Assembly: GCA_051294375.1 (NCBI GenBank)
Contig: CM119263.1
Location: forward strand, 11,509,130-11,573,129
Direction of reading: 5' to 3'
Length of the DNA stretch: 64,000 nt
Source: Paraspadella gotoi
Taxonomy: Eukaryota; Animalia; Chaetognatha
Shown here: in pieces, positions 52,392 through 64,000 of the stretch
Position numbering within the stretch: the stretch's first letter is position 1
Layout of the letters: every line of letters begins with the position of its first letter
The notes under the pieces: model-generated
What the model saw: only the letters and a program-made list of their open reading frames with translations
Told to the model about the DNA's origin: nothing
Database searches by the model: none
Made by a program: the position numbers and the translations under genes

Positions 52392-54092
52392 ATGTCTTCC
52401 ATTTCCTTCTATCGCGCACCCAACCTTCGCTCTGACCCCACCGCGGCTCCGTCGCTCCTCCGCTCTGACCCCCCGGGCGCCTCGACGCTCCTGCGCACCG
52501 ATTCCGCAGGAACGGCGCCGCTCTGCCGCTCCGAGTCCGGGGTGACGGTGGCAACGGCGACGACGACGACTTCGACGACGATCACGGCGGGCGTAAAGAG
52601 TGACGGGTGAGAATCTTTTACGATATTTTACCCATCGGTTATTTTACATACATAATTAGTAATTATTAATTACGTATCGAGATCCAATCATCAATCACAT
52701 TTAAAAATTTAAGCTCGGAATCCCTCTTCAACGGTGGGGGCATCCTCAGCCTCGCCTCCTTCGCCTCGAATCAGCGTCATCCTCGATTTCCGGTCTCACG
52801 CCCCGACGCCGCCGTCTGCGCCAGCGTCTCGCCAAACTTCGCCAACGCTGCGTCGTCTTTCTGCAACGCGGCGTCGTCCAGCTGCTCCAACCCTTCGGGC
52901 GGCTGCGTCGACGACTTGAGTGACGCCGACGGCGCTTCGTCCAAGTGCGGAGAGGCCACGCCCAAGTGCGTTACGCCCGTTTCCGGTTCTGCCGCTAACG
53001 TCGAGGCGGAGGCGGGGAAGGCGTTTAGGTGAGCAGAGATCGGGGCGGTGAAGGCGGCGGTAGACATTTGGCATTTGGCATTTCTTCATTCGAGTTTGTA
53101 TCGTTTTGTTAAACGAAAAACTTTTTTTCTTCCAGCTCGAACCCCCTGCCCCACCTAACTCCGCCCATCATCGCCCTCATGGACAACGTCTACCATCGCC
53201 CCTTAGACCCCTTCAACGATTTCCGGCGCTCGTCTCCGGCTCTAGCGGCGCCATCCAACGAACTCTCGCCGACGGCCGGTGCCCCTAATCTTCCTCTGGG
53301 CGCCAGCACGCTCGTCAACGCGCCGCTGATCGGCCTGACGGGCGCGACATTCGAAACCGGAAGCGACGACGCCGGGAACGGCGGCGCCTTCAACGCCCTC
53401 CTCTCGGCGGCGTCGTCCGGCTTCGAAAGAACCGAGCCACCGCCGCCGCATCTGGCCTCGGTCCTGATGATGCACCAGATGATGGCGCGTCATCTGCAGC
53501 AGCAGCAACAGCAGCAGCAACAACAGCAACAGTCGGAACAGAAGGAAATGACGTCCGAGGTGAAGACGGAGGAGAAAACAGGGGAGAGGGAATGCAAAGA
53601 GGAGGAAGAGGGGAAGGAGACGGGAGTGGAGAAGGAGTATATGGAGGAAGATTTTGATGGAGGAACGAAAAAGGTAAAATTTGTCATCTTATGAGAAAAA
53701 AAAAAAAACCTTCAATCGACTTGAATTAACTTTTCTTCTTGAAGGACTCGATGAAACGGTTCACCGCCAAAGAACCTGTCTCGCCGCTGGCCTCGAACTG
53801 CGACGCCGACGCCGACGACGAAGACGACGCCGAAAAGGAAAAATCCGACAAGTCGGTTCAGCGGAAGAACAACAACGATGATGGTGGAGACGACGGACCC
53901 AGTCGGGGTTCGCCGCCGCCGGTCGTCGCCGGAGACGAAGACGAAGACGAAGACGTGAAACTGGAAGCGAAGACGACGTCGACGACGATCGCGACGACGA
54001 CGACGACGATAGCGACGACGAGACGAACGTTGCTCAATCACAAGTTTCAAAACGCCGGACGGGGAGGAAGAAGCGGCGGGCATTACAAATTG
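52392..54092 (+). CDS. Spliced 4-exon CDS (52392-52606, 52714-53028, 53136-53673, 53745-54092; 472 codons, 3'-incomplete). Low-complexity Ser/Ala/Pro-rich, polyQ and acidic protein, putative transcriptional regulator
   Basis: Donors GTGAGA (52607), GTGAGC (53029), GTAAAA (53674), GTAAGT (54093). Acceptors TTTAAG, TTTTCTTCCAG, TTCTTGAAG. Introns are 107, 107 and 71 nt with phases 2/2/0 and join into one stop-free frame: MSSISFYRAPNLRSDP...VKSDG|SESLFNGGGILSLASF...EAGKAFS|SNPLPHLTPPIIALMDNVY...HLQQQQQQQQQQQQSEQ...GGTKK|DSMKRFTAKEPVSP...GRSGGHYKL. Exons are GC-rich against AT-rich introns. The start codon and the function are inferred. Confidence 0.85.
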
Positions 54093-57000
54093 GTAAGTCT
54101 TGTTCCATTATTTATCGGCATTGATGTGAATTGACAGGCGAGAGTTGCGAGTTGTGAGTTTTCTTGGTGACTTGTTAGTGATGGAAATGTTGGGCGATGG
54201 TGATAAAACGAGTTATAACTGATGACACTACCAAGAAACCTAAAATGTCTATTGTCTAGTGTCTAAAATGTCATGCGTAACCGACAAAAAAAGGACATGG
54301 TTAACAAATTGTCAACGTCTAATCTCACGTAAAAGAATAAATGAAATACGAAAGGAAAAACACGATTTTTTTCCTTCTCTCACCCAAAACGACGCTCAAA
54401 TTCTCCGGATCCAAATTTGCATGGAAATTCGGATGAAGTAAAGAAATGAATTTAAATTTTTTAAGAAAACCACGTTTACAAACCGATAAAACAGAAAGGG
54501 AGGAGGAGAAAGGCAGGCTGAGAGAGAGAGAGAGAGAGAGGAGAGGGAGAGGGAGAGAGAGAAGGAAGGAGAGGACGAGAGAGGAGACGTGAGAGAGGAG
54601 AGAGAGGAAAGCGGATTTGAATTAAAACAAAGAAAAAAGCGTTTCCCTCATTCGGTAGGCCAAAAACGCTTCGTTATTTCAAACTTCAACTGACATAAAA
54701 AAGTTACCGAATTTTAGTTAAAGGGATTCTTCTCCCTCTTCGCTTCTCTCCCTCTCGCTCTCCTCTCTACATATACATACATCTTCTCTCCCTCTCTCCC
54801 GCTCGCTCTCTCCTCTCTCTCTCTCTCTTCTCTCTCTCCTCTCTCTCAATTTTCTCTCTCTCTCTCTCTCTCTTTCTCGCTTTTAAATTCTTCTTTTTAC
54901 TGCCTCCTGCGCTCGAGTCCGCGCCTCCAGAAAGAAAACCCACCAGCGCGCCACCTACGGGCGAATTTCAGCTTGAATATTCATCAAGGAATTCCTAATT
55001 AGAATTTTTCTCCAAAACCTTTTTTTGAATAATCAACCATATTTAGTGCAGCTGGTCTGAGAAAGATAATGATGAAGGTAGCGCTTGGCGAGGGAGGACC
55101 AGGCGATCGGAGAAAGGCGTTGAGANNNNNNNNNNNNNNNNNNNNNNNNNNNNNNNNNNNNNNNNNNNNNNNNNNNNNNNNNNNNNNNNNNNNNNNNNNN
55201 NNNNNNNNNNNNNNNNNNNNNNNNNNNNNNNNNNNNNNNNNNNNNNNNNNNNNNNNNNNNNNNNNNNNNNNNNNNNNNNNNNNNNNNNNNNNNNNNNNNN
55301 NNNNNNNNNNNNNGAGAGAGAGAGAGAGAGAGAGAGCTTTACTTTTCGGTTCCTTATCTCATTTGAAAAATTGAACTTTAACGTGATATATGGAAGGAGT
55401 TGACTTTAGGTCCTGCTTTAGGGCGAAAGGCCAAATGAAGGTAGATTGGGGTGAGAGAGTTAGCGTGTGATAGCGGGTGATTCGGAGTGATTTAGAATTA
55501 GAGGAGAGTTGTGTCCAAGGTAGCTTTTGATCTTATCGAATAAAGCTTTTATTTTAAAATCGATTGCACGTCCTTTTTTAAATTTTTTTCTCGTCGTTAA
55601 AATAGTAGTTTTCGGGTTGAATTATGGTTTCCGAAGCCTCGAGTTCCTCGACTTTGGATTCATTGATGAGAGATTAATTGGAAGTTGGAAGCACCAGACT
55701 TGACGACGACGAGAACGGCGACGACGGCGACGACGACAAATGCACTTTGAACCCCGAACCCCAAAGAATCTCCTTGAAAAAGGAAAAAAAATCGCTTTAG
55801 TGTCGTTTCGGTCNNNNNNNNNNNNNNNNNNNNNNNNNNNNNNNNNNNNNNNNNNNNNNNNNNNNNNNNNNNNNNNNNNNNNNNNNNNNNNNNNNNNNNN
55901 NNNNNNNNNNNNNNNNNNNNNNNNNNNNNNNNNNNNNNNCAACCTAATACTTTCCTTCTCATTCCTTATTCCTTATCTATGTTCGCCCCCTCTTTTCTTG
56001 GAAACCCTAAAATTTTACGCGTCGATCTGGTGTGGTCCTTACTCCCTCCCAAGGAAAGAAAAAAAACTTTAGACGCTTTTCGTGACCCGTTTCTTCTTCC
56101 CCTGACCCTTTGCATTTCACCCCTTCCGTTGTCCCGTTTCCTGCTCCCCCTATCTTCCTCCCTCACTTAGAACTGAATGATTTCTTTCATTCCATCTCGT
56201 TCCCACTTTCACCCCCCCTCATTCCCTTTCAAATCCCGACGCCGTCTTTCTTTCCACATCCGGGGTTATCTGGTTCCGGAATTTGAATTCCGATTTTACC
56301 GGCTTTTCTTTTTTTTTTTTTTTTTTTTTTTCAATTTGTCCCCCCGGCATGGTTGGGGGCAGGTTTAAATTTTGGCCTCTAAAATGGCCTCTTTACCTGC
56401 CTTATTTTCCGCTTTCTCCGATTGTTGCGCACCAGTTCGAACCCACCCCGTCAACTACCGCTTTTCTTTCTAACTCTTCCACTCGCCAACTTCTTAAACA
56501 ACGTCAACCCCCCTAGCGCCCCCCTTTCTTCTCCCCGAAATTCCTACGGTTTTAAATTCAAATTCGGTGGCACCAAAGACGAGATAACCTCGTGGCCTTT
56601 CGATTCGAGTCCAAAAAAACGGAGAGGAAGAAAGTGAAGAAAAAAAAAAGAGGCGGGNNNNNNNNNNNNNNNNNNNNNNNNNNNNNNNNNNNNNNNNNNN
56701 NNNNNNNNNNNNNNNNNNNNNNNNNNNNNNNNNNNNNNNNNNNNNNNNNNNNNNNNNNNNNNNNNNNNNNNNNNNNNNNNNNNNNNNNNNNNNNNNNNNN
56801 NNNNNNNNNNNNGAGAGAGAGAGAGAGAGAGAGAGAGAGGTCTTCTACGCGCTTCTTCGGGACGGAAACGTCCCCTTCCCCTTTTTTCGCTCCCACAAAC
56901 TCTTTTGTCTGATTTTTCGTGGTTTTCTTTATTTTTGTCTAAAACCTGAAATCGTCTTTTGTTTGTCAGATGAAGAAGGATTATGGTCGGAAAACGAAAC

Positions 57001-57729
57001 GAGTTTTTGGTTCGTGATAATTCGNNNNNNNNNNNNNNNNNNNNNNNNNNNNNNNNNNNNNNNNNNNNNNNNNNNNNNNNNNNNNNNNNNNNNNNNNNNN
57101 NNNNNNNNNNNNNNNNNNNNNNNNNNNNNNNNNNNNNNNNNNNNNNNNNNNNNNNNNNNNNNNNNNNNNNNNNNNNNNNNNNNNNNNNNNNNNNNNNNNN
57201 NNNNNNNNNNNNNNNNNNNNNNNNNNNNNNNNNNNNNNNNNNNNNNNNNNNNNNNNNNNNNNNNNNNNNNNNNNNNNNNNNNNNNNNNNNNNCCTTTCAT
57301 CTCCCATTTTTTTCGGTTCGCCTCTCGGATTTTAATCCTTTGCAGATTACGATTTTTCAAAACCAATTTTTCTCTCCTCATTTTTTCGGTTTTTTTTTTT
57401 TTTTTTTTAATATAAAGCCCTATTTATTTCCCTTGTAAACTGAATCTTGTCATTTGTATTTCTACGTCATTTAGGACATTTTTAACCAATAAATATTATA
57501 TATTTTTGTCATCCTCTCGATTTGACCTCACCCTTTCATGTCGTCTCTCTCCCTTTTCATCCCATAACCTTGATCTTTTATCTTTCCTCTTTTCCTCTAA
57601 TCTCTCTGCCTCCCTTCTCTCTCCGTCCTCTCTCATTTGGGTCCTCGCCTTCCTTCTTCGCCAAATTAGCAATTTTTTCTGTTTTGTATGCAAAACAATG
57701 ACGACGCCGAATTTATTCTCCTTTTTACT

Positions 57730-57760
<31 letters not shown>

Positions 57761-58303
57761 NNNNNNNNNNNNNNNNNNNNNNNNNNNNNNNNNNNNNNNN
57801 NNNNNNNNNNNNNNNNNNNNNNNNNNNNNNNNNNNNNNNNNNNNNNNNNNNNNCTCTCTCTCTCTCTCTCTCTCTCTCTCTGCTCCCTGCCAGCTTCTCA
57901 TATTATTTCGTTTTTTCAATGCAAATTTAACCCATTAAGTTAATTCTTCTCTTCTTTTTTCTAAAATCTTTAACATTTTATTCTTCCGGAATTTCGAAAG
58001 TCTCTGATTTATCCACCATAACAGCAACATATTGATTGATTTAGGGAATTCAACTTTCTTTATAATTTAATTTAACGTTTAGTTAGAACAACTATCTTCT
58101 CTCTATCTCACTCAATAACCTTGTCCTCAGCTCTCTCTCTCTCTCTCTCTCGAAACAGTTTAAGAACCAAACGTGGCAGGACGCCGAAAATCAAAGCAGC
58201 GAGAGAGAGAGAGAGGGGAGACGGAGAGAAGAGGCAAGGGAGAGAGAGAGAGAGGAGAGCAGAGAGAGAAGAGAGAGGGAGACGAGAGAGTGAGGAGAGA
58301 GAG

Positions 58304-58338
<35 letters not shown>

Positions 58339-59114
58339 AGAGAAGAGAGACAGAGAGAGAGAGAGAGATGAGAGAGTAAGGAGAGAAAGAAGGAGGAAAG
58401 AGGTTTTGTTCTTTATTTATGACGGGACGGTCTTGAGAAGACAGAGAACCAAGAATCGCCTCGAGAAATGTTCTAAATTATATGTTTCCTTCTTGATTCA
58501 CTTCATTTATTTTTTTCCCACATCCGCTTGATGTTTGATGCAAGTGAGTATCAATTCACGACTAAAAATAAAGCGTTCTTCGTCATTTAAAAACCTTGTA
58601 ATCTCTCATGAGATTTTATTACGTCGCGCATGAATCGACCCCTCGTTCCGATCTGCTCGCTCTTCATTTTCTTCTCCCAACAAATTTCTCTTTTCAATAA
58701 AAAAAGACTTCACCTCAGGATCTTATTCTTTTTTACGTTTCCCTCTCTCTCATCCTCAGAACTATTATCATTTGGTACTCCTTCCTCCTTTTTTCTACCT
58801 TTTTCCCTCTCTCTTTCTATGCTCCTCTCCGAACCTGTCGGTCGATTAGTCTCCCTCGCATAAAATTCTATTTTTTTCTTTATTTTCTTCCTTTTCAGTA
58901 AAAAAAAAAGAGTGAACTGAATACTCTGGGGCCGAAAGAAAAAAAGGAAAACCACCACAAGAAAGGGGGACTTTAGGGGAAGAAGGTACTGATACTGAGG
59001 CAGAAAGGTTGTATGTCCACATCTGCCTCCCTTCTTTCTTAAAAAACAACACAAAGCAACCAAGTCTTTTCTTGCTGGCATCGCTGGTCCCACTTTTATG
59101 CTTTTATTTTTTAG

Positions 59115-60310
59115 GCGGAATTGGTACAGAGAATCATTGGTTACCCGGGCACAAACACGATCGCATGCGTAATTCAGCAGGGTCGGGTCACAAGAACCCG
59201 CACCGTTGTCCCGGTTAGACGGTATAAAGGGAAAAGTAAATTGGTTTCCAAAATAAAAGTGTGGAGCCCCGTCAAAGTGTCAAAATTTGGCATTTACCGC
59301 GAAGCAGCGTGAATCACCGTCCTCGTCTAGGTCATGGTGAGGAGAGCACAAAGAGAGAAGAGAATGGCCGACGGCACCGTTTCGGACCCAACTGCACCTG
59401 CTGACAGAGAAAGAGATCTCGTAAGTCCGGTAGTTGGATGGTAAGGCCAAGGCCTCTTGACAGACAAGATATGCTGACAACACCTGAACGCGATGCAACC
59501 GGAGTGTAGTATCAAAAGGGGCCATGTCCGTTCGGTTGCCCTGGCGTGGAGGCTCTACGAATTCCACTCTGGCCCGCGGTTGATGAAACAAAAGAATATC
59601 TCCACACTCCACAGGTTTTAAAAAACAAACACAGACAATGGACTAAAACCTGGGCTGTCCGCGCTACATACTCCCAATCAAACGGAGGGTAAAAGCATCC
59701 TTTTTCACCTGCCTTAAGAGACTGTCCCGGCAAAATAAAACTCCAGACGAGGTGAGGGTAACAACTCTTGTCCCCTTTTCAGTTGTCCATCCATGAAGAA
59801 TGTGAATTTAAGTTTCACGACGTTAGGGGTGAACTCAAACTGTGGCGATCTCACGCTCCCATTCTCGACTATATCTGTTGGAGGTAAGTACATTGAAAGT
59901 TGACAGGCAGGCGAGAGAAGGATCGACGCGCCCTGCTCGCAGAGGGCTGGGGGACCCCGTAACCCCCACATCTATAGGTGGTGCCCCAGTGACGGTCTGC
60001 GAATATTTTCTTCCGTCAGTTGCGCATAACTTTTCCGCAATCCGACCCGGCCAGGCTTGCTACCGTTGTTTAACCGACCCGTCACCCATTTCGTTAGGGA
60101 CCGTTTGTACCAATGCAGGGCTAGAACGCGTGGATGCGGCATCGATAGGAGACGAGATGGGAGTCGGAAGATGAAGGTCCCGAGGACTCGAGAGACTGGA
60201 CAGACATTCGACGGAGCCCGTATTGCCCGAACATGGGAGAGAGCGAAGAGAGCACAGTTTTAACCCATAACATGACTAATTACTTACATTCAGATAAACA
60301 TCTAAAACTT
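59115..60310 (+). CDS. Compact coding-like block with very short putative introns; product unknown (possibly TE-derived or foreign)
   Basis: Microsatellite-free, balanced composition. GT..AG pairs at 59421-59463, 59752-59782 and 59884-59906. The last two join ...KRLSRQNKTPDE|LSIHEECEFKFHDVRGELKLWRSHAPILDYICWR|QAREGSTRP... in frame. Overlapping minus-strand ORFs offer an alternative reading. Confidence 0.35.
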
Positions 60311-60349
60311 TGAACGCTGCATTCTTTCCCAGATACCTAATTATCTCTC

Positions 60350-60650
60350 TCTCAGTCCGGTCCCTCGGCACTCTCTCGCCTCGCACTCACTCTCTTCAGC
60401 CCTCTCGCCCACCGTCGGGCGGCGACCGGTAGCATTGTTTTCGGGCAGGACGTCGCGAGATGAAAAAAAAAATTAGGAGGGGCGCCACTCGGGAGTGGGG
60501 TGTCATGCGCATGCGGCGGGCGGAGAGAAGAAGCGGAGTGGACACCCGAGAGACATGGTTTCCGCGAGTGAGTCGACGTGGGGAGAGGCGCAAATAAATT
60601 AGAAAGGACTGAGGCGGGAATTAAAGGAACGTTCGAACGCGCCATTGCAG
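60350..60650. promoter_or_regulatory. GC-rich promoter-like island with NRF1-type motif
   Basis: TGCGCATGCG at 60506-60515, adjacent GGGCGG, and CGCCATT (YY1-like) near 60640. Confidence 0.4.
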
Positions 60651-61868
60651 GTTAAGGATGAAAAATCTGTAGTTACGCTCACGGATTTAAGTGGTCTTCC
60701 TCTTCCAAAATTTTGTGGCAGTATTTTTACAATTTTTCTAATTTGGGTTGCGGTCTAGTTCAGGCACTATCGTTACTAACGTGCACTACCAACACTCTTG
60801 GCGCTTACCGGGCCAGTGGTTGAATTGACAAAATGAGTTGATAGGTAAATAGCAACTTTCAGACGAAAGAAAAGCCGAAATATAGTATCCTCTCCTTAAT
60901 CTCGCGTCCAGTTGCATTTCGTCCGCGACCAGTTTCTAATTTATTCTCTGATTAATACTTAACTGAATTGCGCGATTGAAAGTCTTAGTTTATAATGGGG
61001 CCGCATTTGTGTAGCATATTTTTTCTCTTGTATTAAGGTGGTGTTTTCGAACGAATTAAGTTCAATCACAATGAATGCATTTCAAGTAGGAGCGACTATT
61101 TTAATAGAATATTATGCAGCATCTCAAAGACATAAGTTTTACAGTATTGACCTCCCGCGCTATCATTTATGCTCGAGTCCGCGACTCGCAGTTACCCAGT
61201 CTTATTGTTGTCAAACATTAGAACGCTCTTCCTTACAACCATTCAGGCCATAGCTGCATGCATCAAGGTTCCCCGCTCTCCGTGCCCCATTTAGACATTT
61301 CTCTGCACCTCCCGGCCCCACTTATATTCCCATTACCCTTACGCCCAGAAACAAAACGCTCACTCTCCTGCTTCTCGCTGATAACGCATATTCACTCCTA
61401 TGTCGTTCTTTTTGATATTGCCCCGACCCCCTGGATCTTCCCATCAGTCGTGGGCGTATCAGCGTTGCCACCCATACCTACCATCACCCTTTGAGATCTA
61501 TCACAATGAGTGCTTGTGACGCTCTCCTCCGTGTCTCCCGACATGTTCTCCTCTCTCGTTCCGTCTCTCTCGTCCCGTCTCTCATCCTCGCTTCTTCCCT
61601 AATTCCTTCCTGTAAGACTCTCTNNNNNNNNNNNNNNNNNNNNNNNNNCCGTCCTCGTCTCCCGGTCGGCGTTTAACGACAATTTTGGTTTCGTTAATGA
61701 GTCATCAAAAGCTTCCGATTTCTGTCTCGCACTCACTCTCTCACTTTCTCTCTCTCTCTCTCTCTCGCCCGCATTCCCGCTCTCATTGCTTTATTTTTCT
61801 CTCTTCTATCGTCATTCCCTCTCTCTCTCTCTCACTCTCTAAAAAAAAATTTCGTATATTTTTTTGGT

Positions 61869-62590
61869 CGTCCGTTTTTCGAATGTTTGGGACACGTCCA
61901 TTTCAAATGAGGACTAAAAATGGTTAGCTAGGAGCCCAGACTAATTAAAGAATTTTTTCCCCTGTAATTTCGCGAGGAAAAAAAATTCTTTCATTTTTCG
62001 GGAGTGAGACTGAGAGCGAGAGGGTGTTGAATGTTGAACGATGAATTTTGGGGAAAGCAAAAAAAAAAATTGTCCGTGAGTTTTTTTGTTTGGTTTTTTT
62101 TTTCTTTATTTCAAAATTGTAGTTGATCAACGAAGAACCGATAAAAATTCTTTTTATTTTTTTACGAAGTCTCGACTTGAACCGGATTCCCTCCCGTCCC
62201 TACCACCTCAACCATTGAGCCATCCAGCGCCAAAACTCAATCAGGCAGCCTTCATTGGAACGCGTCGCAACAAGTCACATTTCTTCCATTTTAAATATTT
62301 GTGCAAAAAACATTTTCGAGCAAAGAGAGTTAGGGAGAGACCGCAGGTTTTTTTTNNNNNNNNNNTCTTTTTTACTTTCTCTCTCTCTCTCTCTCCCTTT
62401 CCCTACTTTTTCTCATTTATTTCTTTCTCCCTCCTTCCTCGTCCCTTCGTTTTCTTGAGAGAGAGAGAGAGAGANNNNNNNNNNNNNNNNNNNNNNNNNN
62501 NNNNNNNNNNNNNNNNNNNNNNNNNNNNNNNNNNNNNNNNNNNNNNNNNNNNNNNNNNNNNNNNNNNNNNNNNNNNNNNNNNNNNNNNNN

Positions 62591-62627
<37 letters not shown>

Positions 62628-64000
62628 TGGGCGAGCGAGGAAATTTCTTCTTGTTTATTTTCGTTGTCGTCAGTTGATTTTTGGCGACGCGAGAAGGAGA
62701 AAGGGAAAAAGGATAGAAGGCGGAGTTGAATTCACATTCGGGGGAATGTGGCAGGAGAGAAAGTGGACCTTGGACAACGAAGGAGAAGAAAAAAAGTAAA
62801 ATAAGTAAAATAGTAAAAAAGTAATCAGTAAAATAAAAATAAAAATAAAAAAAGTTTGTAAAGCAGCGGAAGACAATTTAAAGAGTTAAGAGAGAGTCAA
62901 AGCCACGGTCCTTAGGTCCGACCAACTTCACAATCCCTCCATCACCACCGCCGTCCATAACCGACCCATTAGCCCCGCCCACTTTTTTCTCTAACATAAA
63001 CTCGTCGCGAGTCTCGATTGAATGAATTTCTTTCAGACATGAAGAGACCTTTGCCTCCCTCTGCATTCTGTCCCGAGTTCCTTACTTTTCTTCTTCTAAT
63101 TCTCTTTCTTCTTTTTCGTTCGATAATTTGTCCTGTCTTCGCTGCTTCTTTTGCTCCCTCCTCTTCTTCTTCTCTCCTCTCTCTCTCTCTCTCTCTCTCN
63201 NNNNNNNNNNNNNNNNNNNNNNNNTAACTGAGAAAAAAGTAGGAAAGGAGAGAAGGAGAGAGAAGAAAAGTAAAAGAAAGGACAGTTAAAAGGTGAAAAA
63301 AAAAGAAGATAAAAAGAAAAAAAAGAAAGCAGCTTCAAAAAAAGGCTCGGTGTTGATCCCGTGTTCGCGGCATTCCGATGGCGGCTGACGCGGTACATCG
63401 TCTAATCTTCATGGAAAAAGAGAGAGAGGAGAGAGAATGAGAGAGCAGAGAGAGAAGAGAGAGGAGAGAGGAGAGGAGAAGAGCGCTGAAAATAAAAAAA
63501 ACGCTGCGGTCTCTCCTACTCTCTTTTGCTCGAAATGTTTGTTGCCATCAAAGTACTTTAAAATGGAGAAATGTGACTTGTTGCGGACCGTTCCATGAAG
63601 GTATGCGCTTGATTGATGTTTTGGGCGCTGGACTGGCTCAAATGGTCTGAGGTGGTAGGGACGGTGAAGGGAATCCGGTTCAAGTCGAGACTTCGTAAAT
63701 AAAAATAAAAAGAATTTTTATCGGTTCTTCGTTGATCAACTACAATTTTGAAAAAAAAAAAAGAAAACAAAACAACAAAAACTCACGGACATTTTTTTTT
63801 TTGCTTTCCCCGCAAATTTCATCGCGTTCAACATTCAACAGCCTCTCGTCTCAGTCTCAACTCCCCGAAAAATGAAAATTTTTTTTCCTCGCGAATATAC
63901 ACGGGGAAAAAATTCTTTAATTAGTGCTGGGCTCCTAGCTAACATCCTTTATGAGTCCTCATTTGAAAATGGAACGTGTCCCAAACATCTCGAACGGACG
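61869..64000. other. Inverted duplication (61869-62293 vs 63556-64000); probable artefact
   Basis: Reverse-complement copies differ by small indels and are separated by gaps including the 25-N gap 63200-63224. Confidence 0.75.

Noticed and set aside
52094-52402. Minus-strand ORF with GGSGTEIGRSE repeats
   Set aside because: It is the antisense of the 21-bp repeat, and splice signals and downstream exons point to the + strand.
52607-53135. Two introns of identical length (107 nt)
   Set aside because: I see no sequence similarity between them, so this is likely coincidence near the modal intron size.
62878-63066. Short ORFs on both strands (also 29205-29520 and 55630-55800)
   Set aside because: They are protein-like by eye but have no clear splice boundaries or strand preference, so support is insufficient.
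63338-63400. Possible minus-strand Pol III RNA ending in a T-run
   Set aside because: Only a degenerate B-box-like match in noisy sequence, with no A box or cloverleaf.

Overview
This is gene-sparse eukaryotic (animal-like) genomic DNA, not prokaryotic. It is CpG-rich, saturated with (AG/CT)n and (GAC)n microsatellites, and has GT-AG introns and ETS/E-box/NRF1/YY1/CCAAT promoter motifs. Almost all entries in the ORF track are microsatellite or N-gap noise. The scaffold is a low-quality draft. Eight gaps are exactly 25 N long, and most are flanked by indel-rich direct or inverted copies of neighbouring sequence, which looks like long-read gap over-filling, so roughly 10 kb is probably redundant. 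The one well-supported gene is a + strand, phase-consistent 4-exon CDS at 52392-54092 (472 codons, 3'-incomplete) encoding a low-complexity polyQ/acidic, transcription-regulator-like protein with no domain I can recognise. Weaker, frameshifted exon candidates lie at 8.6-10 kb (-), 11.4 kb, 24.3-24.6 kb, 36.9-39.3 kb (+) and 59.1-60.3 kb. Repeats include a DINE-1/HINE-like element, a TA-flanked MITE, a tRNA-headed SINE-like element with a diverged inverted partner, and a CpG-poor ~2 kb element with GC-palindromic ends around an 18-bp minisatellite. I found no convincing new multi-gene system. The best leads are the structured inverted element pair (0.8-1.9 kb), the micro-intron-like block (59-60 kb) and the codon-structured 30-bp minisatellite (9.1 kb).
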